Virus record (IMG/VR): IMGVR_UViG_3300032516_007629
Direction: 5' to 3' (one strand)
DNA length: 20,000 bases
Origin: an uncultured virus (IMG/VR IMGVR_UViG_3300032516_007629)
Taxonomy: Duplodnaviria > Heunggongvirae > Uroviricota > Caudoviricetes
Shown here one piece after another: positions 1 to 10,203 of this stretch. The notes beneath the pieces were generated by a model that was not told the origin of the DNA, did no database searches, and saw only the letters and a program-made list of their open reading frames with translations. A program made the translations under genes and the position numbers. Every line of letters starts with the position of its first letter. Positions within the stretch are counted from its first letter, which is position 1.

Positions 1-1544
1 GCCATGATATCTTTGATAGAAGGCATCCTAGGAGAATAATCCTCTAAAGATTCTTTCTTCCATTCACTACCGACTTGCTTATAAAACGAATCCAAAGCAG
101 AAGCTAAACTTTTAATGGAATGCTCACGCCTATCGGCGGCACTCTTCTTAACCGTGTATAACCAAGAACCAAAGGCTTTATTATATAGTTCCTCATCTTC
201 ACGACCAGTATTAAAAGCGTGTGGAGATAATGGAAGTTTACTTCCGGCTAAAGAAGGACTTAACGCTTGCAGAAGCCACATATCAAACTCAGATTGTAAG
301 GCTTTTGCTCTGTCATACTCATTCGTATACGAGACAATCTCATTACATATCTCTTTTACCCAATTTTGATTACCTATGGTGCGATCCGCAAAAGCCTTCA
401 CTTTACGTGCTAAAAGCTCTTTCATCGTATCGTCAGCATTTTTATAAAGAGCCGTTATTAAATGTGCATGATCAAGCCAGGCTACGATCTCATCTTGTAT
501 AGGACTCTTATTATCCTTAGGGATCTCATAAGCAATGATCGAACGACGTATCATACTCCAAGGAGCTAGAGCCTCCTTGTAGTCGGCTTTCTCCAGCAAA
601 GCTAGATATGGCAGGGGGATTGCCTCATCTCGTAGAGACGCCTCCACAACCTCGCCGAATTGCCCGTAATGCGCGTCTTCTACAGCACCCCTAACATCCT
701 TACCGGAATTCTTTGCCTCCACCACGCTCTTGATTTGAGCCTCTACCGTAGATGCTGCCACTTTGATGTTGCAGGCTTTCATCCAGTCTTGACTGAGATG
801 CTTTTCTAATTTTGGATCTGAGAGTTCGTGGCAGAGGGGAGTTTCAATATTTAAATTAGTATTATCCGATTTTTTTAACCAATCAACTAGATCTTGCAAT
901 TGTATATGGTTGAACTTGTTAGATTGCTTATCTAGATAATAAGCAGCATCTTTGGCTAACTGGAGCCCGACTTGTGTCTTCGACACCTTAGCGTTGGTCA
1001 TGACAAAATCGATGATTTTATCTGCCGAGGTTTTCGTACCTTTGCTTTTGGCTCTGTGCGCCGTATTGACTAGCTGCATGAAATTTTCAAAAGGGAGTTT
1101 AGCCGGACCAGACAGTGCATCGACTTCCGTCTTTGCAGGTACCGCCCGATTCGGGATCAAAGATAAGAAAGTAACCGTATCGTTGGCAAACTTAGATCTT
1201 GCTAGGTCTATAAGGTAAGAAACAAACTGAGTACGAGACCAAGCCCGAACATCGCCAGGAAAACGACTACTATAAGGTGAGAGAAGATATGATGCGCCAT
1301 GTTCCCCCACGGAAGAGTCGCTTATCCACCATACTTGGGGACGCTCTCCCGTAAATCTGATTTCAACTCTTGGAGAATACCCTTTGTCCGCTTTAAAAAT
1401 GGCTAAAGTACGAGGACCGTCGTTAACATCCATGACAGATAAAAAAGGAGACGGAATCTCCTCGACAACAATACCTCCTGCTAAACAGATAGGATCATGC
1501 TGTAAACAATATCTTAACCAGGCAAATACCTCACGGAGGAGCAT
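1..1544 (-). CDS. Hypothetical protein, >514 aa, 3' end beyond the window edge (missing from the ORF track)
   Basis: Manual translation from ATG at 1544 (AAGGAA upstream, 13 nt after the tube stop) gives MLLREVFAWLRYCLQHDPICLAGG...YSPRMPSIKDIM, with no stop down to position 1. Confidence 0.85.
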   Translation of the reverse strand, partial: MLLREVFAWLRYCLQHDPICLAGGIVVEEIPSPFLSVMDVNDGPRTLAIFKADKGYSPRVEIRFTGERPQVWWISDSSVGEHGASYLLSPYSSRFPGDVRAWSRTQFVSYLIDLARSKFANDTVTFLSLIPNRAVPAKTEVDALSGPAKLPFENFMQLVNTAHRAKSKGTKTSADKIIDFVMTNAKVSKTQVGLQLAKDAAYYLDKQSNKFNHIQLQDLVDWLKKSDNTNLNIETPLCHELSDPKLEKHLSQDWMKACNIKVAASTVEAQIKSVVEAKNSGKDVRGAVEDAHYGQFGEVVEASLRDEAIPLPYLALLEKADYKEALAPWSMIRRSIIAYEIPKDNKSPIQDEIVAWLDHAHLITALYKNADDTMKELLARKVKAFADRTIGNQNWVKEICNEIVSYTNEYDRAKALQSEFDMWLLQALSPSLAGSKLPLSPHAFNTGREDEELYNKAFGSWLYTVKKSAADRREHSIKSLASALDSFYKQVGSEWKKESLEDYSPRMPSIKDIM

Positions 1545-1557
1545 TATAATTCCTTTT

Positions 1558-2148
1558 TTAACCTAGGGTAGCGTCCTCAGACCCCGTGTGACTCTTACTT
1601 ACATACGCTATGGTAGCCGCAATACGAGTAATACCGTCCCCGTCACTAGTAATAGCATCATAGTTTTTACTAGTAAACCAGCATCCAGTGTAAGTCCAAA
1701 TATTATAAGTATTTGCTCCACGAATCCAGAACTCTTTAATAGAAAATGAAAAGTTTTGATCAATTAAATCGTCAAATAGTGCAGTCGCTCCTGCAAACGC
1801 ACGCTCCATCTCACCTTGCCAAAGTTCCGCACGAGTAACAGCGATCGTAAAACCCGTCGCCTTACCAGGAACGTACTCAACCGGACGACCCCAAAAGAAA
1901 TCAGAAAGCTCATAAAGATGCACACCCTCACGAGTGTAACTATCTGGCTGCCAAGATTGAATCCTACCGATAATGGAATTTGCTGAACCTGAAGACGCGG
2001 ACACAATCGACACACCATGATATGTTTTGGTAGTCAAAGCATTAGGCTTGGTATAATCAAATTGTGAAACAGCCGTCGTACCCTGATTTACATAATGAGT
2101 ATTGGGTAATCCTGTATCGGCATTGAATACACTAGAAAGAGCTGTCAT
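1558..2148 (-). CDS. Tail tube protein (gp19-like fold)
   Basis: 196 aa, one small ORF downstream of the sheath gene. IGRIQSW..YEL..VEYVPG..TIAVTRAELW..WTYTGCWFTS pattern is typical of large-myovirus tube proteins. GGAGA RBS. Confidence 0.8.
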   Translation of the reverse strand: MTALSSVFNADTGLPNTHYVNQGTTAVSQFDYTKPNALTTKTYHGVSIVSASSGSANSIIGRIQSWQPDSYTREGVHLYELSDFFWGRPVEYVPGKATGFTIAVTRAELWQGEMERAFAGATALFDDLIDQNFSFSIKEFWIRGANTYNIWTYTGCWFTSKNYDAITSDGDGITRIAATIAYVSKSHTGSEDATLG

Positions 2149-2173
2149 ATTATCTCCGTTAAAAGTTTCCTAT

Positions 2174-2482
2174 TTAATCTTTAGATTCTTCTTCCTCTGG
2201 TTCTTCTTCAGCAGAATACTTATTCAACAAAGCTTTAGATAACCCCAGAAGCTTTTTTGAAAACGCAACCATGTACTCATTGTCAATACCTTGCTCTTCC
2301 ACATAGTCTTCAATAGTCTTCAGCACAGATAATTTCTTAACTTTGTCTTCACGCATTAAATGGTACATTAAGGAATCTATAGTTTTGGTCGCAGACACAC
2401 CAGATTCGTGGTGCGCGTCAGACTCCCCGTCTAGAGCACTCACCACCCGGTAACTGTGAAGTATTTTGTCTTTAAAACTCAT
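2174..2482 (-). CDS. Hypothetical protein with acidic C-terminus, possible virion/internal head protein
   Basis: 102-aa ORF with AAGG RBS, packed between sheath and tube genes. Confidence 0.7.
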   Translation of the reverse strand: MSFKDKILHSYRVVSALDGESDAHHESGVSATKTIDSLMYHLMREDKVKKLSVLKTIEDYVEEQGIDNEYMVAFSKKLLGLSKALLNKYSAEEEPEEEESKD

Positions 2483-2505
2483 AAACCTTTTTCCTTTAAA
2501 ATCAG

Positions 2506-5500
2506 TTAGCTAGGAAAGCCGCCTGGTAGCGAAACGGTGAAAAGACCAAATATTCTCTTAGCCACAGTGGCTAGGAAGTAGTTGTAACCGATGTGGAAAA
2601 GAGTCGGATCAGCGGTGTCTCTTACAACAAAGATGTCCTTTGCCGAGATTGAACGAGTATTACCCGTTTCATCCTGGTACTCTCCCATAAACCCACTGGA
2701 CACTAATGTCCTGAGGCGGGTTTGCAGAATGTCCTCAATAAGAGCAACACCTGCTCCCGCTGATGGGAATACTTGACCGATAATCGCCTTGGTTAATGTT
2801 GTGCGAATGTCCTTAGTGACAAACTGCTTTTGGGTCATCTGATTTAAATTAAGAGTATCGCTACTGAATGCATCTGTAGTGACATCTTCCATAATCTGAT
2901 AAACACCAGATCCCACATTGTTAAAGAATATGATATGGTTCGCACCAAGTATTAAATTCTCTTGAGGGGTATACGTCTCGATAGAGTCAAATCCAATAAT
3001 GTTCTCGAAAAGAACCGTTGCTTTTGGATCCGGAAACGATGCGACTAAGGCAGCTACAGCACACGCCACGAACGAGCCATCCAAAGTCATTTGCTGAGCC
3101 GAGCCATCAGAGAAGGTGAAAGTACGCTGCGCCTGCGTGGCAGACACTAGAACCCTACTTCCATGCGCAGCACTCTGTCCGTACACCGCAAACGTGCGTT
3201 GCGAATAAAATACAAGCGAGTTAGCCTCAGTCTCCGAGCCAATCGGCGTACCGATAGGAGCACCGAAATAAGTAATACACTCATGGCGAGCAAACGGATT
3301 GTTAGCTTGATTCACTACATTCAACTGATCGCCAACATTTTGGAAGCTGTTTAAAACAACAAGATCCGTAGCACTTGGTTGATCTAAGAAAGCATTGATA
3401 GCACGCTGATAATCACTCTTGCTGTAATTTCCATCGTCCGCAGCATTGCGAACTTGAATCACATACAATCCAGGGATTGCATAATCAAAAGCAATCGTCG
3501 CGCCTAAATACAAATCATTCCTAGATGAAATAGGTGCTAGGAATTTCTGCACATCACCTAAACCAAGGAATAAGAAAGGAGTTTCGTACATCTCCGCAGG
3601 ACGAAGATAAGCACCACTTAGGTAATACGTTTGACCAGGATCAGGCTCAGGACCAAACCACTGATACACAACCTGAATGTCTCCATCCGCCGTACTAAAC
3701 GAAGGAGAAGTAAACTCAAGAAAAGCTGTACCAGGAATTTGAACGTAAGAAACCGGCGCTCCGTTAGATACACGAGTCACAGAAATAATGTTCTGTGGAA
3801 TGTGATCTAAAGTGATGTACTTAGCACCTACAGTCGCAGTTAGCGCACCAGTCGTGTCCGTAGCAATTTGCCCAGGATTTGAGAAAACTGCCGTATCCTG
3901 CTCACTAAGCGAGAAGTCTAGAAGTCCTAAAGACCTTGCTGACAATAACCACTTATCTCCTGCCTGGTTTTGAGAACCTCCAGGGACAGCATTGACCAAA
4001 CTACTTAAATAACCGTTACGGATGTAAAAACTTAAACCATCGTTGATAACAAAGTTACCACGGTTTAAGCTAGTATCCGCCGTCCATACCCCAAAACCAC
4101 CCTCCGCCGTATCAGCTAACCATCCACCCGAATAAAGAGCCTCGTTGGCAAGATTGGTTACATTGCTCACACTCAAGGAGATGTGACGAACGTCTTCTTT
4201 ACCCTTGTAAAAAGTACGAGGGGCAGTAGCCGTCCAATCAAATTGATCGCCTACCACAAATTGGGTGCCGCCAAACGCTAGCGTTAACGTAATACCTGTG
4301 CTACCTAAAACCTGTATAAGTGATCCAGCAACGTTTTCTGCAATCGAGAAACTTCCCGAAGCACTTGCCGAACCATACATACTCCACACAAAAGTAGCCG
4401 TGCGCGTAGGAGTAATACCCGATTCAGCCTGGCAAATCATACGGAAGCCAGTGTTATACGAAGTAAAGGAATAAGCCGAAGCCAATGAAGTAATAGTTGC
4501 ACTACCCGTTGAACCAGGCAGGAGCGTCGGAGAGATAGCAGAAAGTACCGTGTATTGGTTTGTGTTGCTTAGCAACGGGTCAACTTCAATAAGACCCGCA
4601 CCGTTAGCCTGTACGTAAAAAACATCGCCAATAGTGAAGTTAGCTCCACCGAAAGTGAAGTTTAAAACTACTCCCAATTCCAAAGGTACATTGTTCAATG
4701 TTAAACTATTGGTCTCATCTAAAGTAACCGTAGGCAAGCCTAGTGCGATACTGATAGGAGTCGCAGGTAAAGCCGAATTACCAGCCGAAACCGGAGTACC
4801 TGTCCAAGCCAATGTAGCTAAACGAGTACCCACAAGACCCGAAGCCGCCGTAACCTCTAATTTATAAAGACGACTATAGGGATGAAGGTAAGAAGCAGAT
4901 CCAGATACTGCAACCGTTCCACTGCCAGTAGCTCCCGAAGAATTTACAATCGAGAAGCTGCTAGTTAAATGAGCATTACCAACAGCAGGAACAGGAACAT
5001 CAATCACGAAAGGATCGAAGAAGTTGATATACTCCGCATAAGCAGCCTGGCTCTGATAAGGTCCGACCGCCGAAATTGAACGTATTTGAGCCGACACCCC
5101 ATTAAGAGGTCCAATAGTGACTACCGGAATCGGATCCGCAGCATCCCTAGAGGTTGATTGATAATCAAGCACGTACTGCGTAGAAGCATTGTAAGCCGTA
5201 TCCAAAATTTGAATTTGCGTGTAGTTACCCGACAGATCCTTGAGGTACTTCCACATGTTAGTAGGGACAGGGTTACCGTTAGAATTGTATAGACGCACAG
5301 GAGATGCCTGTGCTCCGTTCGATGGGTACGCTAGAGTGGCAACAAAAGGACTAAAAGCCGAAAAGGTTAAAACCTCTCCTAAGCGAAAGCTCCTAATGAT
5401 TGCAGTGTTCTCTACAACAAACAACCTGTCACCCTTGGCTACAATACAAGGCACCCTCCTATTGTTAGGAAGCGTCCCCGCGCCTGGGATAAAGAATTGT

Positions 5501-5556
5501 CCGATATAAGTACCCACCTCAACATAGCTAGTGGTTGTTAATTCTGGTGCTGCCAT
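2506..5556 (-). CDS. Contractile tail sheath protein with large repeated insertion domains
   Basis: 1016 aa. C-terminal sheath-like core (LDGSFVACAVAAL..ENLILGANHIIFF..EDVTT..DPTLFHIGYNY..KRIF); N-terminal YVEVGTYI; lies upstream of the tube gene. Confidence 0.88.
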   Translation of the reverse strand: MAAPELTTTSYVEVGTYIGQFFIPGAGTLPNNRRVPCIVAKGDRLFVVENTAIIRSFRLGEVLTFSAFSPFVATLAYPSNGAQASPVRLYNSNGNPVPTNMWKYLKDLSGNYTQIQILDTAYNASTQYVLDYQSTSRDAADPIPVVTIGPLNGVSAQIRSISAVGPYQSQAAYAEYINFFDPFVIDVPVPAVGNAHLTSSFSIVNSSGATGSGTVAVSGSASYLHPYSRLYKLEVTAASGLVGTRLATLAWTGTPVSAGNSALPATPISIALGLPTVTLDETNSLTLNNVPLELGVVLNFTFGGANFTIGDVFYVQANGAGLIEVDPLLSNTNQYTVLSAISPTLLPGSTGSATITSLASAYSFTSYNTGFRMICQAESGITPTRTATFVWSMYGSASASGSFSIAENVAGSLIQVLGSTGITLTLAFGGTQFVVGDQFDWTATAPRTFYKGKEDVRHISLSVSNVTNLANEALYSGGWLADTAEGGFGVWTADTSLNRGNFVINDGLSFYIRNGYLSSLVNAVPGGSQNQAGDKWLLSARSLGLLDFSLSEQDTAVFSNPGQIATDTTGALTATVGAKYITLDHIPQNIISVTRVSNGAPVSYVQIPGTAFLEFTSPSFSTADGDIQVVYQWFGPEPDPGQTYYLSGAYLRPAEMYETPFLFLGLGDVQKFLAPISSRNDLYLGATIAFDYAIPGLYVIQVRNAADDGNYSKSDYQRAINAFLDQPSATDLVVLNSFQNVGDQLNVVNQANNPFARHECITYFGAPIGTPIGSETEANSLVFYSQRTFAVYGQSAAHGSRVLVSATQAQRTFTFSDGSAQQMTLDGSFVACAVAALVASFPDPKATVLFENIIGFDSIETYTPQENLILGANHIIFFNNVGSGVYQIMEDVTTDAFSSDTLNLNQMTQKQFVTKDIRTTLTKAIIGQVFPSAGAGVALIEDILQTRLRTLVSSGFMGEYQDETGNTRSISAKDIFVVRDTADPTLFHIGYNYFLATVAKRIFGLFTVSLPGGFPS

Positions 5557-5622
5557 TATGTCCCCTTTTTCAAAACAACAAGGATCTTGTTAAGTGCCTC
5601 AATTTAATCTATGATTAAATGT

Positions 5623-6645
5623 TTAGAGGGTGATCCTAAAGGGGATATCCAAAACTAACTGGTTATTTGCGCCTGTGGCGTGATTTTGCGTGGCGGGTAA
5701 GGTAGAATCAAAAAGATAAAGAAGCGCTGTTCCTTGTCTTCTCGGTTGAATATACCAGGGAGGATTACTGCTAACTAAAGCTATGTTAGGATTAGAAACT
5801 CCTAACGTATGCTTTAACTGCATATTCTCAATAAGCAATGGATAAGCCATGCCTAAGGAAATGCCTTGATTGGGTACTAAATTAAGAAACGTAGGTGTGG
5901 GTCCACCTTCCGAAGAAGCAACAATACCGATGGCGGGTAATACAATCTTATTGAGTGGTAATTGAAACTCTATAATAGTTTCAAACTCCACTTGCAAATC
6001 TATTGTTCTAGTCCATATTTGACTCTTTACATCCCCCTCAACAGATACATTAGACATCTGCCCGGCAGCCACACCACCTAAAGGAAGTCTTACCTCCCAC
6101 TGATTTCCTGGACTGTGTATAACGTGTGCTTTAATAGCATCCACTAAATTGCTAAGTATATAGAATACAGTTCCGGATAATGTGGAAGTGTCTTCTTCGG
6201 AGTAGGTGGCTACTAGTATAGACAAACTTACTTTTACTAAGTAAACGCTAGTAGCACGCCAGCGATTCCTAAAACCAAAACCGTCTAGAAGAGCACTGAT
6301 CCCCGGATCCCCATCTTCTATACCACCATCTATAATCAAAATAGATGGTAGACGACCTGTGTTTTCCTGGAAAAACCTTGCTAAATAAGTCTTACGCTTA
6401 TTAGGATCCGCCTTCATCTCGTCATCGTAAGTTAACTCCGTGACATACTGAAGACCTTCCGGCGAAATCGTAGCGCCTAAATAACCCCTATTTTCACCCT
6501 TAGGATTTAAAAAACTATCTAAGAATCCCTGCATGGTACTCTTAGTAATAGATATAGCTTTATCCGCCACCTGATGCACATAAGTATCACGGCGGCTCTC
6601 TGGAACCTGATTAAAGCTATAACCTAAGGGAGGGGATTTAGCCAA
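5623..6645 (-). CDS. Probable neck/tail-completion (terminator-like) protein with a C-terminal Ig-like segment
   Basis: 340 aa directly upstream of the sheath gene. Has RFFQ..GRLPSILI and alternating beta-strands; C-terminal VSNPNIALV..PRRQGTALL resembles Big_2 domains. Confidence 0.55.
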   Translation of the reverse strand: MAKSPPLGYSFNQVPESRRDTYVHQVADKAISITKSTMQGFLDSFLNPKGENRGYLGATISPEGLQYVTELTYDDEMKADPNKRKTYLARFFQENTGRLPSILIIDGGIEDGDPGISALLDGFGFRNRWRATSVYLVKVSLSILVATYSEEDTSTLSGTVFYILSNLVDAIKAHVIHSPGNQWEVRLPLGGVAAGQMSNVSVEGDVKSQIWTRTIDLQVEFETIIEFQLPLNKIVLPAIGIVASSEGGPTPTFLNLVPNQGISLGMAYPLLIENMQLKHTLGVSNPNIALVSSNPPWYIQPRRQGTALLYLFDSTLPATQNHATGANNQLVLDIPFRITL

Positions 6646-7027
6646 TGATCCCCCACTCGTTACCTTTTAAAGATAGCAAATCACTATACTTACTTTTAAC
6701 AATATTTAAATGGTGAGAAAGCTCCAAGTTTTTTTCCTCTAACGTGTCTCGTAAGGTGTGCAATTGTAGATTTAACCTCTTACACTTTAAAACCCTGCGC
6801 ACCTTACTAAAGAAAATCCTTCTCCATAATGTATTCTCATTTCTAATGAGGATCTCCACCTCTTCAATGTCAAGCCACAATGTCCTTATAGAATGAATCG
6901 AAGTCTTCATCTGAAATAAATGTTTCCAGAAGTCAAATTTCCTACTCCCCCTTTCGAGGTTAAAAGGCGTTGAATGCACTTCAAGTAAGAGGGGAATATC
7001 TTTTTCAAGCTGAGAAATTGCGTCCAT
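6638..7027 (-). CDS. Hypothetical protein (helical/coiled-coil C-terminus)
   Basis: 129 aa, GGAGA RBS, stop overlaps the start of the next gene by 8 nt. Confidence 0.7.
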   Translation of the reverse strand: MDAISQLEKDIPLLLEVHSTPFNLERGSRKFDFWKHLFQMKTSIHSIRTLWLDIEEVEILIRNENTLWRRIFFSKVRRVLKCKRLNLQLHTLRDTLEEKNLELSHHLNIVKSKYSDLLSLKGNEWGIIG

Positions 7028-7036
7028 AAAATTCTC

Positions 7037-8296
7037 CTATTTTGAAAACGTCCTATTTACACTTTTTAAATTGAAAGTAGCGATTAAAAAATCCTCTACA
7101 CTCTTAGTTAAATTTATCGCCTGCTTTCCACACCATAATATACATTTATGCTTATCCGCACTAAAGTGCGCTACAAGATTTCCTTGTACATGCGTTCCCT
7201 TAACATACTGACCTGCGGGAATATTCTTTATATGTGATAGTTGTCCCGCTACATCCGTTAAAGCGTCTAATACCTTAGCCTCTGGATCAGGCTTTTTAAG
7301 CGTAGGAAATTGCTCCTCTCGCTCTTGGGCACGCTGCGACATGGGACGTAAAGGTGCAGCAGTCACCGCAGCAGCTATTTTTTCTTTCTCTTCTAGTGTA
7401 CCCATTTTTGCATCTGGATTAAGCGCTTCAGAACCTTCTAAGATAACACAGTTGTCCGGCGTGAACTCCCGAGGCTTGAGAGGCTTAAAAGCACTGTCTA
7501 TATTCGATAAGAAGTGTAAATCATCTACAAAGTTAGGAAGGGGCTTAAACTCCTTAAGCGTTTTGAAAAAAAGCTTACTCTCCTCTTCAGAACACAAGAT
7601 ATAAATCATACCGTCACGACCAGCATTGTCAGGATGACCACCTAGGTAAAATTGATGCTTCTTATGCTCCTTAGTGAGCCAACGCATATAGTCTAGAGGT
7701 ATCAAGGCAGACATCTGTAAAGCAGATATAGCACCTAAAGTATCATCCTTTTCCTTGTCCTGATCTCTAAGCTTGGTGTAACTAGAAAGCATAACGGCTC
7801 TCAGCTTAGAGGCATAGTCGCCAAGCTTTGACTCCATATCCACTGGTAATTTTATAGATTTAAAAGGAGATGCTGATCCCATATTTTTATCAAAAGGCTC
7901 TACAAAAGCTAAAAGACCTCCGGTAGCTTTTGCGGTTAACTCCTTCATAGACTTTTCGGATACGAGATACGCAAAAGTCAATTCTAAGGGTTCAGTACTC
8001 TTCCCGCTGATTTTAGATGGACCAGCTATTCGCTCTACATTTTTTTCATCATTAATAATATTTCCAGTTTCTTTGAAGAACTTTAAAACATTACTGGTCA
8101 ATCCGGGACCTGAAATAATAAAAAGGTAAGGGTTAAATTGCTTAATTTCAGCAAAACGACCCTCCTTATCTTGAAGAGATTTTCCTGTTTTAAATACGCC
8201 TTCTTTTGCTTTGGGTTTAGCTGCGTCCTTCTCCTCAGCTTGCTTGCGCACAGGAGGACGAGGATCGGCAGCATGAATTTTATACAGATAAGACAT
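7037..8296 (-). CDS. Hypothetical protein
   Basis: 419-aa ORF with AGGA RBS; Lys-rich; no recognisable motif. Confidence 0.85.
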   Translation of the reverse strand: MSYLYKIHAADPRPPVRKQAEEKDAAKPKAKEGVFKTGKSLQDKEGRFAEIKQFNPYLFIISGPGLTSNVLKFFKETGNIINDEKNVERIAGPSKISGKSTEPLELTFAYLVSEKSMKELTAKATGGLLAFVEPFDKNMGSASPFKSIKLPVDMESKLGDYASKLRAVMLSSYTKLRDQDKEKDDTLGAISALQMSALIPLDYMRWLTKEHKKHQFYLGGHPDNAGRDGMIYILCSEEESKLFFKTLKEFKPLPNFVDDLHFLSNIDSAFKPLKPREFTPDNCVILEGSEALNPDAKMGTLEEKEKIAAAVTAAPLRPMSQRAQEREEQFPTLKKPDPEAKVLDALTDVAGQLSHIKNIPAGQYVKGTHVQGNLVAHFSADKHKCILWCGKQAINLTKSVEDFLIATFNLKSVNRTFSK

Positions 8297-8335
8297 AGCA
8301 TCCTATAGAAAGAATATTAATCGTTTAAGTTAATC

Positions 8336-10171
8336 TCAGTCTCTATAAGGTACTAAGGCTTTATGTCTTGGGACGTGTAACTCCGCTACGATGTTAGGAT
8401 CTATCTTACTTAGCGCGGTGATTAGTCGCTCATTCTGGTATGTTTTCTTATAGATTTTATCTATTCTTGCCTCTGAAGATACCGACCACCTAGGCTTAAG
8501 CATCCCACCATTTCCGCTAGAAGAAGCATTCTCCTGATCATCTTCCACGGTTCCTCCAGGACCCGCAGGTTGTTCTTTAGGAGCAGCACCACCGCCGCCA
8601 CCCATGTCTATTTCTTCCTCGCCACCACCACCACCGCCACCTGCTTCTTCACCCATTCCAAGTTGTACGAGGCGCTTTCTTAGAATTGCGTCTTCCCCCA
8701 TCATGGAAATAGCTTTATCTAAATCATAACCAGCCGCCGATGCTAAAATACGCAGTGGCAAAGGTAAGCCTAGATCTTTAAGCTGGACTAGCATTTCGAC
8801 CCAGGCAGGATCTCCCTCAGGACGCAGCGTTTCCTCTGTCGCAAGCGTAGGGATGACAAGCGACCTTAAAGGTATCTCCATAGCCATCTTAGCTGAGATG
8901 TACGCCTTGTTATGTCCACCTGTACGGATATTGTGACTTAATTCCGCTGTCGTTCTTTTTTGGAAATTATGCACACGCGCAAATGTCGGGAAGATCTGCT
9001 TATAAAAAATATCGTTAAGAACTGTTTCTTTAAAAGCCGTTATCTGTTTACCTAAAGAGGTACGGGCGGACTCCATATTGCTGACATTCGTTTCACCGGA
9101 AAGGTATGCTTCAGAGACACCTAGAGATCTCATCTTAATCGTGGATAAAAATTCAAATTCCTGACTAATACCCCAAATCGCTGTAGGGTCTCTAACCTCA
9201 GAAACCTCCACACCGTTTCTTACGGAAATAACCCCGCCGACAGGATCTTCATCTGCTTGCATGAATAAATTGGTAAGAGACGAAATCTCTTCGTCCGTAG
9301 GTAGCCAGTCGTCTTCTATACCCGCTGTAATTAAAAGGATCGCTCTGTTGCGACGACGAGCACCAATTAAACTCGCATTCCAAAGCGCCATCTCATATGC
9401 CCACGCAGGCAGGATACGAGTAAATATAGACGTTCCAATATGGTCATACTGATTAACCCGGCGTGCTAGGAAAAGCGTATTCAAGGGATCTAAAGGAATA
9501 TAACCCGATTGGTTTTGTACTAAATCAAGGACAGCAGGATTCATCCCGGATTTTAGTTCCACAATCCTAGGATCCGTACTGCGTGCAAAATTACGCCATG
9601 CAGGAGAAGACAACACATCAATAAGAGGCTTTTGACCCGACACAGGTAGAGGTTCAATCATCGCAAAATCGGGATCCACCGTAACCATAGAATCCCAATA
9701 GCCCAAGCGCTCATTGAAAGATAAGCTACTAATGCTCCTGCCAATAATCTGGAGTTCCCGACAAATCATCGGAAGCTGACTCCAAAGATCTAAACCCTCC
9801 ATCATATCGTTATACATCTGCTTTATCTTATTATCGTCCGTATCAAAGATAAGCTCCCAACTCTTACCCCAAGGTAGATTGGAAAATAAATCCACCACCG
9901 TCCCCGCAATAGCATCCCGCAAATAAATTTTGCGAAACATCATGTGCAGGTTAGTGGGCTGTCTAGGGATCCAGTCCTCAAGGACTGATCCTTCCTCTAA
10001 CCTATCATTGACGATATTAAAGCGCGTACCGCCATACATGTCCCCTCCCGTAGAAGGGAGACCCGTACTAGCATGCAGCCTAACATCCCCTGTCACTCTG
10101 TTTTTATAAGGTGGGTTGCGCTTATCTAGGTAAGAACCGACAACTGTCTTTTTCCAATTAAAATAACCCAT
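8336..10171 (-). CDS. Portal protein (large-myovirus type)
   Basis: 611 aa. IYLRDAIAGTVVDLFSNLPW, IPLDPLNTLFLAR..GTSIFTRIL, and LGVSEAYLSGE.N.S motifs match portal architecture; Gly/acidic C-terminal tail. AAGGAG RBS. Confidence 0.8.
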   Translation of the reverse strand: MGYFNWKKTVVGSYLDKRNPPYKNRVTGDVRLHASTGLPSTGGDMYGGTRFNIVNDRLEEGSVLEDWIPRQPTNLHMMFRKIYLRDAIAGTVVDLFSNLPWGKSWELIFDTDDNKIKQMYNDMMEGLDLWSQLPMICRELQIIGRSISSLSFNERLGYWDSMVTVDPDFAMIEPLPVSGQKPLIDVLSSPAWRNFARSTDPRIVELKSGMNPAVLDLVQNQSGYIPLDPLNTLFLARRVNQYDHIGTSIFTRILPAWAYEMALWNASLIGARRRNRAILLITAGIEDDWLPTDEEISSLTNLFMQADEDPVGGVISVRNGVEVSEVRDPTAIWGISQEFEFLSTIKMRSLGVSEAYLSGETNVSNMESARTSLGKQITAFKETVLNDIFYKQIFPTFARVHNFQKRTTAELSHNIRTGGHNKAYISAKMAMEIPLRSLVIPTLATEETLRPEGDPAWVEMLVQLKDLGLPLPLRILASAAGYDLDKAISMMGEDAILRKRLVQLGMGEEAGGGGGGGEEEIDMGGGGGAAPKEQPAGPGGTVEDDQENASSSGNGGMLKPRWSVSSEARIDKIYKKTYQNERLITALSKIDPNIVAELHVPRHKALVPYRD

Positions 10172-10203
10172 ATCTCCTTTAATGAGCTTTCGCTCTCGAA
10201 TAA

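Noticed and set aside
115..1566. Four short + strand ORFs (84, 93, 88, 60 aa)
   Set aside because: Antisense shadows of the long - strand ORF at 1-1544; no motifs.
1558..6645. Bacterial tailocin, eCIS or T6SS locus
   Set aside because: The portal-like gene, probable head protein and homing-endonuclease-like genes indicate a DNA-packaging phage.
8587..8645. (CCA/CCG)n repeats
   Set aside because: They encode poly-Gly linkers in the portal's disordered C-terminus; ordinary low complexity.
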